This document shows, one piece after another, positions 37,694 through 46,201 of a DNA stretch of 64,000 bases. Every line of letters starts with the position of its first letter. Position 1 is the stretch's first letter. Origin of the DNA: a virus (taxonomy: Duplodnaviria > Heunggongvirae > Uroviricota > Caudoviricetes); the IMG/VR virus record IMGVR_UViG_2974538492_000001, positions 64,001-128,000 of that record; one strand, written 5' to 3'. The position numbers and the translations under genes were made by a program. The notes under the pieces are model-generated. The model was given only the letters and a program-made list of their open reading frames with translations. It was not told the DNA's origin and did no database searches.

Positions 37694-37853
37694 ATACGAC
37701 ATGGATAAGGTGCATATGTTAGCCTTACTGGAAAACAAACATAATCAACGTTTGGTTTTTTAATCCATTGAATTACCTAATTGGGAAGTACCTGATTAAT
37801 AAGAGTTAAGAAGTGAGTCAACAACAATTTAATCCATTTCTGAGGAAAATAAT

Positions 37854-39380
37854 ATGTCAGCATTTAAAAACGCAGTACAAAATAACAATACTACAGTTCA
37901 AAACAATCGTTCAAATACTGCTAATGGTGGTGCTTCATTGAAGAGTTCACTAAATCCATTGGTGGATCTATTCTTTATGATTGGTTCTTTGCGTAATAAA
38001 GATCTTGGTCAGTATAAAGCACAGTTCGACGCTGCTTATGCTGCAAACCCAACTTTAGCATTGCAAATGGTTCTTTGGGCACGAGATATTCGTGGTGGTG
38101 CTGGTGAACGTAATACCCCACGTGAACTATTGAAGTATTTGGAAGTTAAACATCCAGAAGATGTTTTGCGTGTAATTCCAGTACTTGCAGAGTTTGGTCG
38201 TTGGGATGATTTACTAATCTTTAAAACCAAAGCAGCAAAAGCTATTGCATATGAAAAGATTGATGAAGCGTTAAAATCTGGTAATGGTCTTTGTGCAAAA
38301 TGGATGCCACGCATCTATAAATTCAAAAAGAATGCACAGGGTGTTGTTAATATGAGTACTGTTTCTAACCAAAACCGTGCTGCTAATAACAAAATTGCAC
38401 GTGAACTAATGTCTGTAATGGAAATTAATGAACGCCAATACCGTAAATTACTTTCATCTATGAGCAACACCGTTGAACAAATGATGTGTGCAAATGAATG
38501 GGATGCGATTGATTATAACAAACTACCTTCAGTGGCTAGTTCTCGTTATCTACCAGCATTCATGAAACATGATGAAGGTCGTTACCGTGATTATTTAACT
38601 TCTCTTGAAAAAGGTGAAGGTAAGGTAAATGCAGCAACATTATTCCCATATGATGTATTGAAGAATCTAGTAACACGTTATGGTAGTCCAACTACTGAAC
38701 ATGTTCGTTTAGGTATTTCACAATGGGATGCATTGACTAATCTAATGGGTGATAATCGTATTCTACCAATGGTAGATACTTCTGGCTCAATGGGTGTTGG
38801 TATTGCTGGTAGTAATTTAACCGTACAAGACGTTGCAGTATCTCTTGGCTTGTATGTTAGTACTAAACAAACTGGTGCTTTCAAGGATATGTGGTTAAAT
38901 TTCAGTACTCGTCCTAAGTTAAAAGTACTACCACGTGGTGATATTAGTGTAAAAGCTTATGATTTGTATTGTAACCACAGTTCAGATTGGGATGGTAGTA
39001 CCAATGTTGAAGCTGCATTTGATCTAGTATTGAGTACAGCAGTGAAACAACAAGTTCCACAAGATGAGATGCCAAAAGTTCTAATGATCTTTAGTGATAT
39101 GGAATTTGATTCATCAGGTGGTCGTAATTGGAATAAAACTGCATTCCAAACGGCTAAAGAAAAGTTTGAACGTGCTGGTTATGAGTTACCAATGGTAGTA
39201 TTTTGGAACTTAAACGCACGTGCTAATAACAATCCAGTTCGTTTCGACCAAGCTGGAACAGCATTAATTAGTGGTTTCAGTCCTAACGTAATTCCTGCGA
39301 TTCTTAGTGGCAACGCTGTAGATCCAGTAAGTATTATGTTAGCTGCAATTGATTCACCACGTTATCGCGTATTGGGTTAA
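37854..39380 (+). CDS. DUF2828-family (TROVE/Ro-like plus vWA) protein
   Basis: VDLFF, WARDIRGGAGER, FGRWDDL, KWMPR, MVDTSGSM (MIDAS), IFSDMEFD, VFWNL. Confidence 0.85.
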   Translation: MSAFKNAVQNNNTTVQNNRSNTANGGASLKSSLNPLVDLFFMIGSLRNKDLGQYKAQFDAAYAANPTLALQMVLWARDIRGGAGERNTPRELLKYLEVKHPEDVLRVIPVLAEFGRWDDLLIFKTKAAKAIAYEKIDEALKSGNGLCAKWMPRIYKFKKNAQGVVNMSTVSNQNRAANNKIARELMSVMEINERQYRKLLSSMSNTVEQMMCANEWDAIDYNKLPSVASSRYLPAFMKHDEGRYRDYLTSLEKGEGKVNAATLFPYDVLKNLVTRYGSPTTEHVRLGISQWDALTNLMGDNRILPMVDTSGSMGVGIAGSNLTVQDVAVSLGLYVSTKQTGAFKDMWLNFSTRPKLKVLPRGDISVKAYDLYCNHSSDWDGSTNVEAAFDLVLSTAVKQQVPQDEMPKVLMIFSDMEFDSSGGRNWNKTAFQTAKEKFERAGYELPMVVFWNLNARANNNPVRFDQAGTALISGFSPNVIPAILSGNAVDPVSIMLAAIDSPRYRVLG

Positions 39381-39388
39381 CCCCAAAC

Positions 39389-39416
39389 AAAAGCCTCACT
39401 TCGGTGAGGCTTTTTT
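39389..39416 (+). terminator. Rho-independent terminator (UUCG loop)
   Basis: AAAAGCCTCAC-TTCG-GTGAGGCTTTT. Confidence 0.9.
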
Positions 39417-39434
39417 ATTATAAGGATATAATTT

Positions 39435-39650
39435 ATGAACACGTTTGAAGAATGGAAAATGCATTTTACCTATCATTTTATTAAATTTCTTATTAGTATT
39501 GATACACCAGAAAAACACTGGTTCAGTACTATTCAAGGTGAAATTTCACCTTGGGAAGATGAAAAGGATTTAGAAAACCCAATGTTAGATTGGAAAACTA
39601 CTTCACCACAAGAAGCTGTTAGAGAAGCTTTTAGTTATTGGGAAGAATAA
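39435..39650 (+). CDS. Small hypothetical protein
   Basis: RBS AAGGA. Confidence 0.55.
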   Translation: MNTFEEWKMHFTYHFIKFLISIDTPEKHWFSTIQGEISPWEDEKDLENPMLDWKTTSPQEAVREAFSYWEE

Positions 39651-39651
39651 T

Positions 39652-39792
39652 ATGAAATCTATTAGAAATAACTTATTTTGTTTTTTACTTATGTATAAAA
39701 CTTCTTTTGATTTAAATCCAATTTTAACATCAGCATCTACTGCAATTGTTATTTTATTTTTGTATTCAGTCGCAAAAATCTTCGGTTGGTAA
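39652..39792 (+). CDS. Small membrane peptide (46 aa; not in the ORF track)
   Basis: MKSIRNNLFCFLL...IVILFLYSVAKIFGW fills the gap. Confidence 0.45.
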   Translation: MKSIRNNLFCFLLMYKTSFDLNPILTSASTAIVILFLYSVAKIFGW

Positions 39793-39797
39793 AAACA

Positions 39798-39833
39798 TTG
39801 ACAACAGTGTAGTCGTATGCTACACTGTTGTCA
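39798..39833 (+). promoter_or_regulatory. sigma70 promoter TTGACA-17-(TGc)TACACT inside a perfect 14-bp inverted repeat
   Basis: TGACAACAGTGTAG (39799-812) / CTACACTGTTGTCA (39820-833). Confidence 0.7.
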
Positions 39834-39852
39834 TTATTAAATGAGGTGTATT

Positions 39853-40275
39853 ATGACTGAATATATTGAAATTCGAGGTTATTTGGATTATGATCCTGAC
39901 CGACAAAATATGAAAAATCGTACACAGTACTGGTGTGTATTGCAATTACCTAATGATTTAGTTCGATATTATCAATATTTTGTACGTAAAGAACACCATG
40001 TTGATATGCAAATGCCAGCATGGGGTGCACATGTAAGTATTATTCGTGGTGAAAAACCAGATGATAATCATATTCATTTATGGAAAAAATATCACAAACA
40101 AAAATTCACCATACGGTTTAATCCTTATATTGATCAAGTTAAAGATAAAAAACAAAGTGGTAGTTTTTATATTATAAATTTCGAGTCTCCTGAATTGATG
40201 AAAATTCGAGAAGAATTGGGATTATCTGTTCATAATGACTTTCACCTAACAATAGGAAGAACTTATTATGACTGA
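39853..40275 (+). CDS. 2H-phosphoesterase-like protein
   Basis: Two Hx(S/T) motifs: AHVSII and FHLTIG. Confidence 0.6.
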   Translation: MTEYIEIRGYLDYDPDRQNMKNRTQYWCVLQLPNDLVRYYQYFVRKEHHVDMQMPAWGAHVSIIRGEKPDDNHIHLWKKYHKQKFTIRFNPYIDQVKDKKQSGSFYIINFESPELMKIREELGLSVHNDFHLTIGRTYYD

Positions 40276-40846
40276 TATAAAATATAAAATTAGAAATAAA
40301 TTCACTGGTCAATACATACATACTATTGTATTGACTGGTGATGTGCCATCTAATATTGGTGATGTGTCATCTAATATTGGTAAAGTGTTTGATTCGTATA
40401 TAGATGCTTATAATTTTTTACATGAATGCCAGAATTTATTTTTTGAAGTAGATAGATACCTTGATATTTCTGATTATAGTATTGATGAATTTCATTTTAT
40501 ATTATACAATTTTAGAAATGTTGAAAATAACATTGAAAATATCATTATGAATGAACCTGATAATTCTGATAATGTTAAAAAATTAAGGGCTATTTTAAAT
40601 CAATGTGTTAATAATGGATTTTTTTGTATAACCAAAAGGTTTTTAGATTTTATCTTGACATATGATAAATATCAGCCTATACTTATAGAAATAGTACCTA
40701 ATCATATACTTTACAGTGTTGATGATTTCATTAATGTTGGTATTAAAACATGTGATCTTAATATTTTAGGTTCAATTTCCTTGACAGCGACGACCGAACA
40801 GCTTAAAATGCACAATATAGAACAAATTTTTAAAGATCGGTCATAA
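40268..40846 (+). CDS. Hypothetical protein
   Basis: Contains a 21-bp tandem duplication (GDVPSNI/GDVSSNI). Confidence 0.6.
   Translation: MTDIKYKIRNKFTGQYIHTIVLTGDVPSNIGDVSSNIGKVFDSYIDAYNFLHECQNLFFEVDRYLDISDYSIDEFHFILYNFRNVENNIENIIMNEPDNSDNVKKLRAILNQCVNNGFFCITKRFLDFILTYDKYQPILIEIVPNHILYSVDDFINVGIKTCDLNILGSISLTATTEQLKMHNIEQIFKDRS
40336..40377 (+). repeat. 21-bp tandem repeat, two copies
   Basis: TGGTGATGTG(C/T)CATCTAATAT twice. Confidence 0.85.
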
Positions 40847-40882
40847 CAAGTTTTCTAAGTAGTACTTGTACTATTGTAGAAA

Positions 40883-40980
40883 GTCCAAAGCGACTTTGTG
40901 CAGATAAGGCGTTGGACACCCAAAATGTTTCCTTATTATGCATGAGTCGTACAAAATGTATATTAAGGAGGAATTTTGTA
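40883..40980 (+). promoter_or_regulatory. Structured 5' leader of the lysozyme gene
   Basis: GTCCAA/TTGGAC stem; loop 40891-909 complementary to 40931-949; TACAAAAT/ATTTTGTA hairpin covers the TTG start. Confidence 0.5.
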
Positions 40981-41911
40981 TAAAGCGATACAAGAACTCA
41001 AGACTCGTGCTGGACATATTAAATATGTTTTAGTAGGTTTTATGTTGCTTGCCGCTGCATTTGGATTTATTGGTTTTAACTCACATGATCGTACTACATC
41101 ATTAGTTTCGGAAGAAGCAGTAGTGCAACAATATGAACCACAAGTTACAATTCAAAAGCAACCGCCAGTTATTATTCAAATTGAAGAACCAACTGCAAGC
41201 AGAGAGCAATACAAAGTACTAAATGGTGATAGTTTATGGACTATCTCATCAAAGATTAAGCCACAAAATGTAGAACTTAACGACTATGTTACAGTACTTA
41301 AGAGGATTAATTCGGATGTAACCTTACATCCTGGTACAATGTTTGAAATCCCAACAGCAGATGATTTAAGGGATGTAGAACTTCCTGAAATTGAAGTAAA
41401 ATTCAATACACAGGACGATTTAATTATTACGCACCTTAAAAAATCTGAAGGAACAAGTGAATCCCAAGCTGTATTAAAGCGGCGTTTACTTGGCGGTAAA
41501 GTTGGACCATCTTTTAAAAATGGTAAATTCTATCCATACCGTGATAGTACTGGTCATTTTACGATTGGTTATGGTCATTATCTTGGAAAGAGTGATAGTG
41601 CTGCAATGAAGTACAAAAATGGCATCACTAAGCGTCAAGCTCACGATATGTTAATAATGGATATGGAAAGAACTATGGATGATTTCGTCCTGTTATTACA
41701 ACGTAAACGTGCAGTAGATTTAACTGTTGAGCAACAACGTATACTTTATGAAATGGCATATACTATGGGATGCGATAAATTAGCACGTTTTAATAAAATG
41801 TGGAAAAGTGTAGAACATAGTAATCCTCATAAATTCAAAAAAGAAATTAAAAGCTCACTATGGTATAGTCAGGTCGGAAATCGGGCTGAAATATTATTGA
41901 GTAGCATTTAA
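40976..41911 (+). CDS. Membrane-anchored LysM plus T4-like lysozyme (muramidase)
   Basis: N-terminal TM; LysM YKVLNGDSLWTIS; catalytic E..(insert)..Y.DSTG..TIGYGH; TTG start with AAGGAGG. Confidence 0.8.
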   Translation: MYKAIQELKTRAGHIKYVLVGFMLLAAAFGFIGFNSHDRTTSLVSEEAVVQQYEPQVTIQKQPPVIIQIEEPTASREQYKVLNGDSLWTISSKIKPQNVELNDYVTVLKRINSDVTLHPGTMFEIPTADDLRDVELPEIEVKFNTQDDLIITHLKKSEGTSESQAVLKRRLLGGKVGPSFKNGKFYPYRDSTGHFTIGYGHYLGKSDSAAMKYKNGITKRQAHDMLIMDMERTMDDFVLLLQRKRAVDLTVEQQRILYEMAYTMGCDKLARFNKMWKSVEHSNPHKFKKEIKSSLWYSQVGNRAEILLSSI

Positions 41912-41930
41912 TATAAAAAGGAGTACTTTT

Positions 41931-42278
41931 ATGATTAATCATACAATAGCATATAATGATCGTATTGGAGTATCTGAAGAACTTGAATTCCATACTTTTG
42001 ATGAATTTGAAAAATTGGAAAAATTTATTGGGGAAACACCAGTAGATTTCCGAACTTCATATTCAAAAGACGGTTCACAGTTTAAAGTACATTCTCATGG
42101 TCATTATGATGGGGTTGATTATACTGCAACTGCTTCAAGTGATGATATGTATAAAAGTATTGATCTTTTAGTTGAAAAACTAGAAGCCCAACTACGGAAA
42201 GAAAAAGGTAAGCGAACTAATATTGATCGCGATACTTCAGTACTAGAATCAGTTAATGATGAAGAAATTGAAGAATAA
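41931..42278 (+). CDS. Ribosome hibernation factor HPF/RaiA-like protein
   Basis: ATASSDDMYKSIDLLVEKLEAQLRKEK matches the HPF A....DMYAAID.L.DKL.RQL.K segment; N-terminal FEKLEKF. Confidence 0.8.
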   Translation: MINHTIAYNDRIGVSEELEFHTFDEFEKLEKFIGETPVDFRTSYSKDGSQFKVHSHGHYDGVDYTATASSDDMYKSIDLLVEKLEAQLRKEKGKRTNIDRDTSVLESVNDEEIEE

Positions 42279-42282
42279 TACC

Positions 42283-42311
42283 TTGACGGCACAGTGTTAG
42301 TGTGTTACATT
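42283..42311 (+). promoter_or_regulatory. sigma70 promoter TTGACG-17-TACATT
   Basis: 17-bp spacer containing ACAGTGT, as at 39798. Confidence 0.6.
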
Positions 42312-42360
42312 ATAGGACAGGCAGAGATGCTTGTCCTTTTTAATTTTAAATGAGGTTATT

Positions 42361-42741
42361 ATGAGTGAATCTATTCGTTTTATTGATATGATAGTTTTTA
42401 AAGATTTGCATTCTAATAAAGAATATGTTGAACGTAATTCATATGTTGCAGAATTACATGTTCCATTTTCTCAATTAAGATCCAATTTTAGTGGTGATAT
42501 TGAATTATATACTGTTCTTTCTAATATTCTGAAAAGATGTGGTAAGCAATCAAATCAACTATCAAAAAATTTGGCAATGTTTGATGAATATATGGGTTGG
42601 GATGACAATTCTCAACGGTGGTCACATAACGGTAACCACTTATCTAGTATTTTAAAAAAGAACATGAATAAACGCCGTGAATTAAAAAACAGTTTTTGGG
42701 GCAATTTAATTGCGAATGATATCTTAGAAGGTACAAAATGA
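42361..42741 (+). CDS. Hypothetical protein
   Basis: ATG after GAGGT. Confidence 0.6.
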   Translation: MSESIRFIDMIVFKDLHSNKEYVERNSYVAELHVPFSQLRSNFSGDIELYTVLSNILKRCGKQSNQLSKNLAMFDEYMGWDDNSQRWSHNGNHLSSILKKNMNKRRELKNSFWGNLIANDILEGTK

Positions 42742-43850
42742 AAAAATATATTGTTGGTGGATTTGTTCGTGACAAGCTTCTTGGTCTTCAACCAAAAGAT
42801 AAAGATTATGTTCTTGTTGGTGCTAAACCAAAAGACATTGAATATTTAACTGGAATTGGATATAAACAAGTAGGTGCAGATTTTCCTGTATTCTTGTCAC
42901 CAGATGGTGATGAATATGCACTGGCACGAATTGAGCGTAAAACTGGTACTGGATATGATGGTTTCACCGTACAAACACAAGGTGTAACTCTTGAACAAGA
43001 CTTATACCGCCGCGACCTTACTATTAATGCTATTGCATGGGACCCAATTACTAAAACTCATGTTGACCCATATAATGGTAAAGTTGATTTACAAAATAAA
43101 GTACTTAAACATGTATCAGAAGCCTTTAAAGAAGATCCTTTGCGTGTTTTACGTTTAGCACGATTTGCTGCACGATACTCAACCTTTACTATTCATGCTG
43201 ATACTAATTCTATGGTAAAGGAAATGGTTAAAAATGGTGAAATTAACCATTTGACCAAAGAACGAGTTTATATTGAATTTGAAAAGGCATTTTCTGAAGA
43301 TAAGCCAAGCATTTTTTTAAAATATTTAAAAGATATTGGGGCATTGAAAGTTTTACTTCCTACATTTGAAGCAACAAATAAGGAATTGGAGCTTATTGAT
43401 AGTATTGCTAATAGCAGTACTAAATCTTATCGCGAAGAGTTCATTTGGTCTATTATTTTGACTAAAGCTACTCCAACTAAGGATTATGTTGTTGATGGAA
43501 TTAAACTTCCAGCACGATTTGTAAAATTTAGTAATTTTGTTAAATTGCATTCTGAAAATTTAATTAAATTCAGGAAGAAAAAGCCAGAAGGTATGGTTGA
43601 ACTCTTCAGTGCAATGAATGTCAAAAACAATGGCGGTGAAGAATTTTTGTATAAAGTTGTTGAGTACTTTATTATTCGTCGGGAAATTGATATTGAATTA
43701 GAAGAATTAATCATGAAAGTATATGATAAGTTTTATGACGCACCAGTTGGTAACATTGAAGAAATGGTAAAATCTGGTGAACTTGAAGCTTCTAAAATTC
43801 GTGAGCATATTAAGACAATTCAAGTTTCAGAAATTAAAAAAATGTTCTAA
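42738..43850 (+). CDS. cca: tRNA nucleotidyltransferase (CCA-adding, class II)
   Basis: VGGFVRDKLLG...DKDYV, EYALAR.ERK.G.GY.GF, DLYRRDLTINA, EDPLRVLRLARFAAR. Confidence 0.95.
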   Translation: MKKYIVGGFVRDKLLGLQPKDKDYVLVGAKPKDIEYLTGIGYKQVGADFPVFLSPDGDEYALARIERKTGTGYDGFTVQTQGVTLEQDLYRRDLTINAIAWDPITKTHVDPYNGKVDLQNKVLKHVSEAFKEDPLRVLRLARFAARYSTFTIHADTNSMVKEMVKNGEINHLTKERVYIEFEKAFSEDKPSIFLKYLKDIGALKVLLPTFEATNKELELIDSIANSSTKSYREEFIWSIILTKATPTKDYVVDGIKLPARFVKFSNFVKLHSENLIKFRKKKPEGMVELFSAMNVKNNGGEEFLYKVVEYFIIRREIDIELEELIMKVYDKFYDAPVGNIEEMVKSGELEASKIREHIKTIQVSEIKKMF

Positions 43851-43857
43851 CAAAAAA

Positions 43858-43887
43858 TTGGAACGATTGAAAAAAATATGGTATATT
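43858..43887 (+). promoter_or_regulatory. Promoter TTGGAA-18-TATATT with TGG extension
   Basis: Second promoter class. Confidence 0.55.
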
Positions 43888-43920
43888 ATAAGTATCTGAT
43901 AATTTTAGTGAGAAGTTATT

Positions 43921-44346
43921 ATGCGATATACGTGTGGAATAATTTTTTATCGTGATGGTCAGATACTTATAGGTCATACTACTGGTCAGGAACATTGGGA
44001 TTTACCAAAAGGTAAAGCCGAAGATGGTGAAAGCTTTAAAGAAGCGGCTGTGCGTGAATGTTATGAAGAAACCGGATATGAAGTCTCTGAAGATGAATTA
44101 CTTTTAATTGGAGAAGTTTCATATCGAAAAGGTAAGAGATTAGTTTTATTTTTTTATACATCACGAGATAAACCAGATTCTGAACAGATGGAATGCATTA
44201 GTACATATACAAATCGATATGGTCAAGAAAAACCAGAACTTGATAAATTTATGTATATTGACGTAGAAGATTGTCAATTATACTTAACAGAACGTATGTG
44301 TAATAGTATAATTAAGGCTGTCACGAAATTTGTAGAACAAAGTTAA
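43921..44346 (+). CDS. Nudix hydrolase
   Basis: Nudix box GKAEDGESFKEAAVRECYEETG. Confidence 0.93.
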   Translation: MRYTCGIIFYRDGQILIGHTTGQEHWDLPKGKAEDGESFKEAAVRECYEETGYEVSEDELLLIGEVSYRKGKRLVLFFYTSRDKPDSEQMECISTYTNRYGQEKPELDKFMYIDVEDCQLYLTERMCNSIIKAVTKFVEQS

Positions 44347-44366
44347 AAACATAATAAGGGAATATT

Positions 44367-44603
44367 ATGAATGTAAAAATGTATGGTCGAAGCCAAGGAT
44401 GTAAGTTTTGTGATCGTGCAAAACTCATTTGTGAAATTAATGGGTTTGTATTAGATTTTATTGATATTGAAGCACAAGGTCTAAGTGCTGATGATTTAGC
44501 GGAGATTGTGGGAACTACAGTAAGAACTGTACCTCAAATTTTTGTAGATGAACAGTATATTGGAGGATGTGATAAGTTTGAAGCTTTTCTAAAAGGAGAA
44601 TAA
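44367..44603 (+). CDS. Glutaredoxin
   Basis: CKFC active site, TVPQIF, IGG. Confidence 0.92.
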   Translation: MNVKMYGRSQGCKFCDRAKLICEINGFVLDFIDIEAQGLSADDLAEIVGTTVRTVPQIFVDEQYIGGCDKFEAFLKGE

Positions 44604-44604
44604 A

Positions 44605-45012
44605 ATGAGTCTACTAACGACCATTCAAACAGATCGACAAGCAGCTTTAGGTAAAGACAGAGTAAAATATAGCTTATATGGTGTAATTATTGCTGAAGTA
44701 CAGCGTAAAACTACTGCGAACGATGTTGATGACAGTATAGTACTGCAATCAATTAAAAAATTACTTGAAAGTGTTAATGAATCATTGAAGTATAGTATTA
44801 CTGATGTATTAGAATCAGAAAAAACTCTTCTAGAAAATCTTCTACCAAAACAATTATCTAATGATGAATTGCTTAGTATTATGAAAGATATTATTTCTAA
44901 AGATCCTAATATGAAAGAAAAGAAAAACATGTTCCCTTATCTAAAAGCAAACTTTGATGGTATGTATAATGGTAAAGATGCAAGTACTCTTTTTGGTCAG
45001 TTAGGAGTTTAA
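44605..45012 (+). CDS. YqeY/GatB-domain protein
   Basis: DD..VL..IKK....NES...E..LLE.LLPKQLS.DEL. Confidence 0.75.
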   Translation: MSLLTTIQTDRQAALGKDRVKYSLYGVIIAEVQRKTTANDVDDSIVLQSIKKLLESVNESLKYSITDVLESEKTLLENLLPKQLSNDELLSIMKDIISKDPNMKEKKNMFPYLKANFDGMYNGKDASTLFGQLGV

Positions 45013-45013
45013 T

Positions 45014-45358
45014 ATGGTCAGGAAAGATTCGTCTGAAATTAATCCTTATATCTTGGATGAGGATACAAGATATAAAGTGAATATGACACATTTCACTTTA
45101 GGTGAAGGTGGTCTTAGAAATATGCAACAACGCCATCACGATAGACTTGCTAAAGTTAAAGAATTGGCTGAAAGTTTAGGAGTTGAATATAACCCTTCTC
45201 TACCTTCACCTGATGATATAATTAAGCGGGTTGAAATGATGCAAGTATATCATGAAAATAAAGAATTATATGATTCTATTATCAGTAAAGTACTAACTAT
45301 ATGTTCTCATGAGGAAGTTTTAGAGTTTTTAGAGAAGCAAATTAATAGCCCTAAATAA
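45014..45358 (+). CDS. Hypothetical protein
   Basis: RBS AGGAG. Confidence 0.6.
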   Translation: MVRKDSSEINPYILDEDTRYKVNMTHFTLGEGGLRNMQQRHHDRLAKVKELAESLGVEYNPSLPSPDDIIKRVEMMQVYHENKELYDSIISKVLTICSHEEVLEFLEKQINSPK

Positions 45359-45360
45359 AA

Positions 45361-45645
45361 GTGAAGGAACAATCCTTCAAATTACAATTTGGGAGAAAAT
45401 TTATGCTTAGTTTTCGTGATCAATTAGCAAAAGGTATTTTTGAAAATACAAAATCAAATGTTAATATTCCAAAGAAATCAGCATTCTTAGGAAAGATTAC
45501 CGACGATGGATTCTGTGACTATGATGTTCCAGAAGATACTTGGTATCTAACGCGAGATTTAAAACGAGGCTCTAGACTTCACCAAAGTAATATAGCGAGA
45601 CAGCATCGCAAAGAGACAAAGCGAATCCGTACTGGATTAAATTAA
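45361..45645 (+). CDS. Small basic hypothetical protein (start may be ATG 45403)
   Basis: ORF followed by a terminator. Confidence 0.5.
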   Translation: MKEQSFKLQFGRKFMLSFRDQLAKGIFENTKSNVNIPKKSAFLGKITDDGFCDYDVPEDTWYLTRDLKRGSRLHQSNIARQHRKETKRIRTGLN

Positions 45646-45648
45646 TTT

Positions 45649-45675
45649 AAAGGACTTCTTAGGAAGTCCTTTTTT
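45649..45675 (+). terminator. Rho-independent terminator
   Basis: AAAGGACTTC-TTAG-GAAGTCCTTT plus Ts. Confidence 0.85.
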
Positions 45676-45688
45676 CAATTGGACATTT

Positions 45689-46186
45689 ATGATAAATTAT
45701 TATTATGGTAATTTGTTTGAATTCGTGAACGAATTATTAACTGGAGATGAAAGTACTATACATTTTATAATTCATGGTTGTAATGCACAGGGTAGAATGC
45801 GTTCAGGTTTTGCAAAAGAACTTCGGGAACGATATCCATTAGCATATGATGAATATATTAAACAATATATTAAAAATAACAATAGTCTTCGGGTTGGAAG
45901 TGTAATAAATTATACACATAGTACTGAATTAATTATAAGTAACGCCATAACCCAAGATTTCTATGGTTATGATGGTGGTAAATATGTTAGTTATGATGCA
46001 ATTGATACTGCATTCGCAGAATTAGATTGTTCAGCACGAACATTAAAAAATCTTGGTGGGATTGAAAATATTCATTTTCATTTTCCTAAGATTGGTTCTG
46101 ATCTAGGTGGTGGTTATTGGGATGTTATTGAATCCATTATTGATAATCGTGTTCAGAACGCAACAAAAAATTTATATGAACTATAA
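45689..46186 (+). CDS. Macrodomain (ADP-ribose binding/hydrolase; T4 tk.4-like)
   Basis: GNLF, IIHGCNAQGRMRSGFAKELRERYP, FPKIGSDLGGG.W. Confidence 0.88.
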   Translation: MINYYYGNLFEFVNELLTGDESTIHFIIHGCNAQGRMRSGFAKELRERYPLAYDEYIKQYIKNNNSLRVGSVINYTHSTELIISNAITQDFYGYDGGKYVSYDAIDTAFAELDCSARTLKNLGGIENIHFHFPKIGSDLGGGYWDVIESIIDNRVQNATKNLYEL

Positions 46187-46201
46187 AACAAGGAATGTTA
46201 T

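Noticed and set aside
40877-40888. GAAAGTCC as RNase P CR-I
   Set aside because: The intergenic region is only about 130 nt and has no other RNase P elements.
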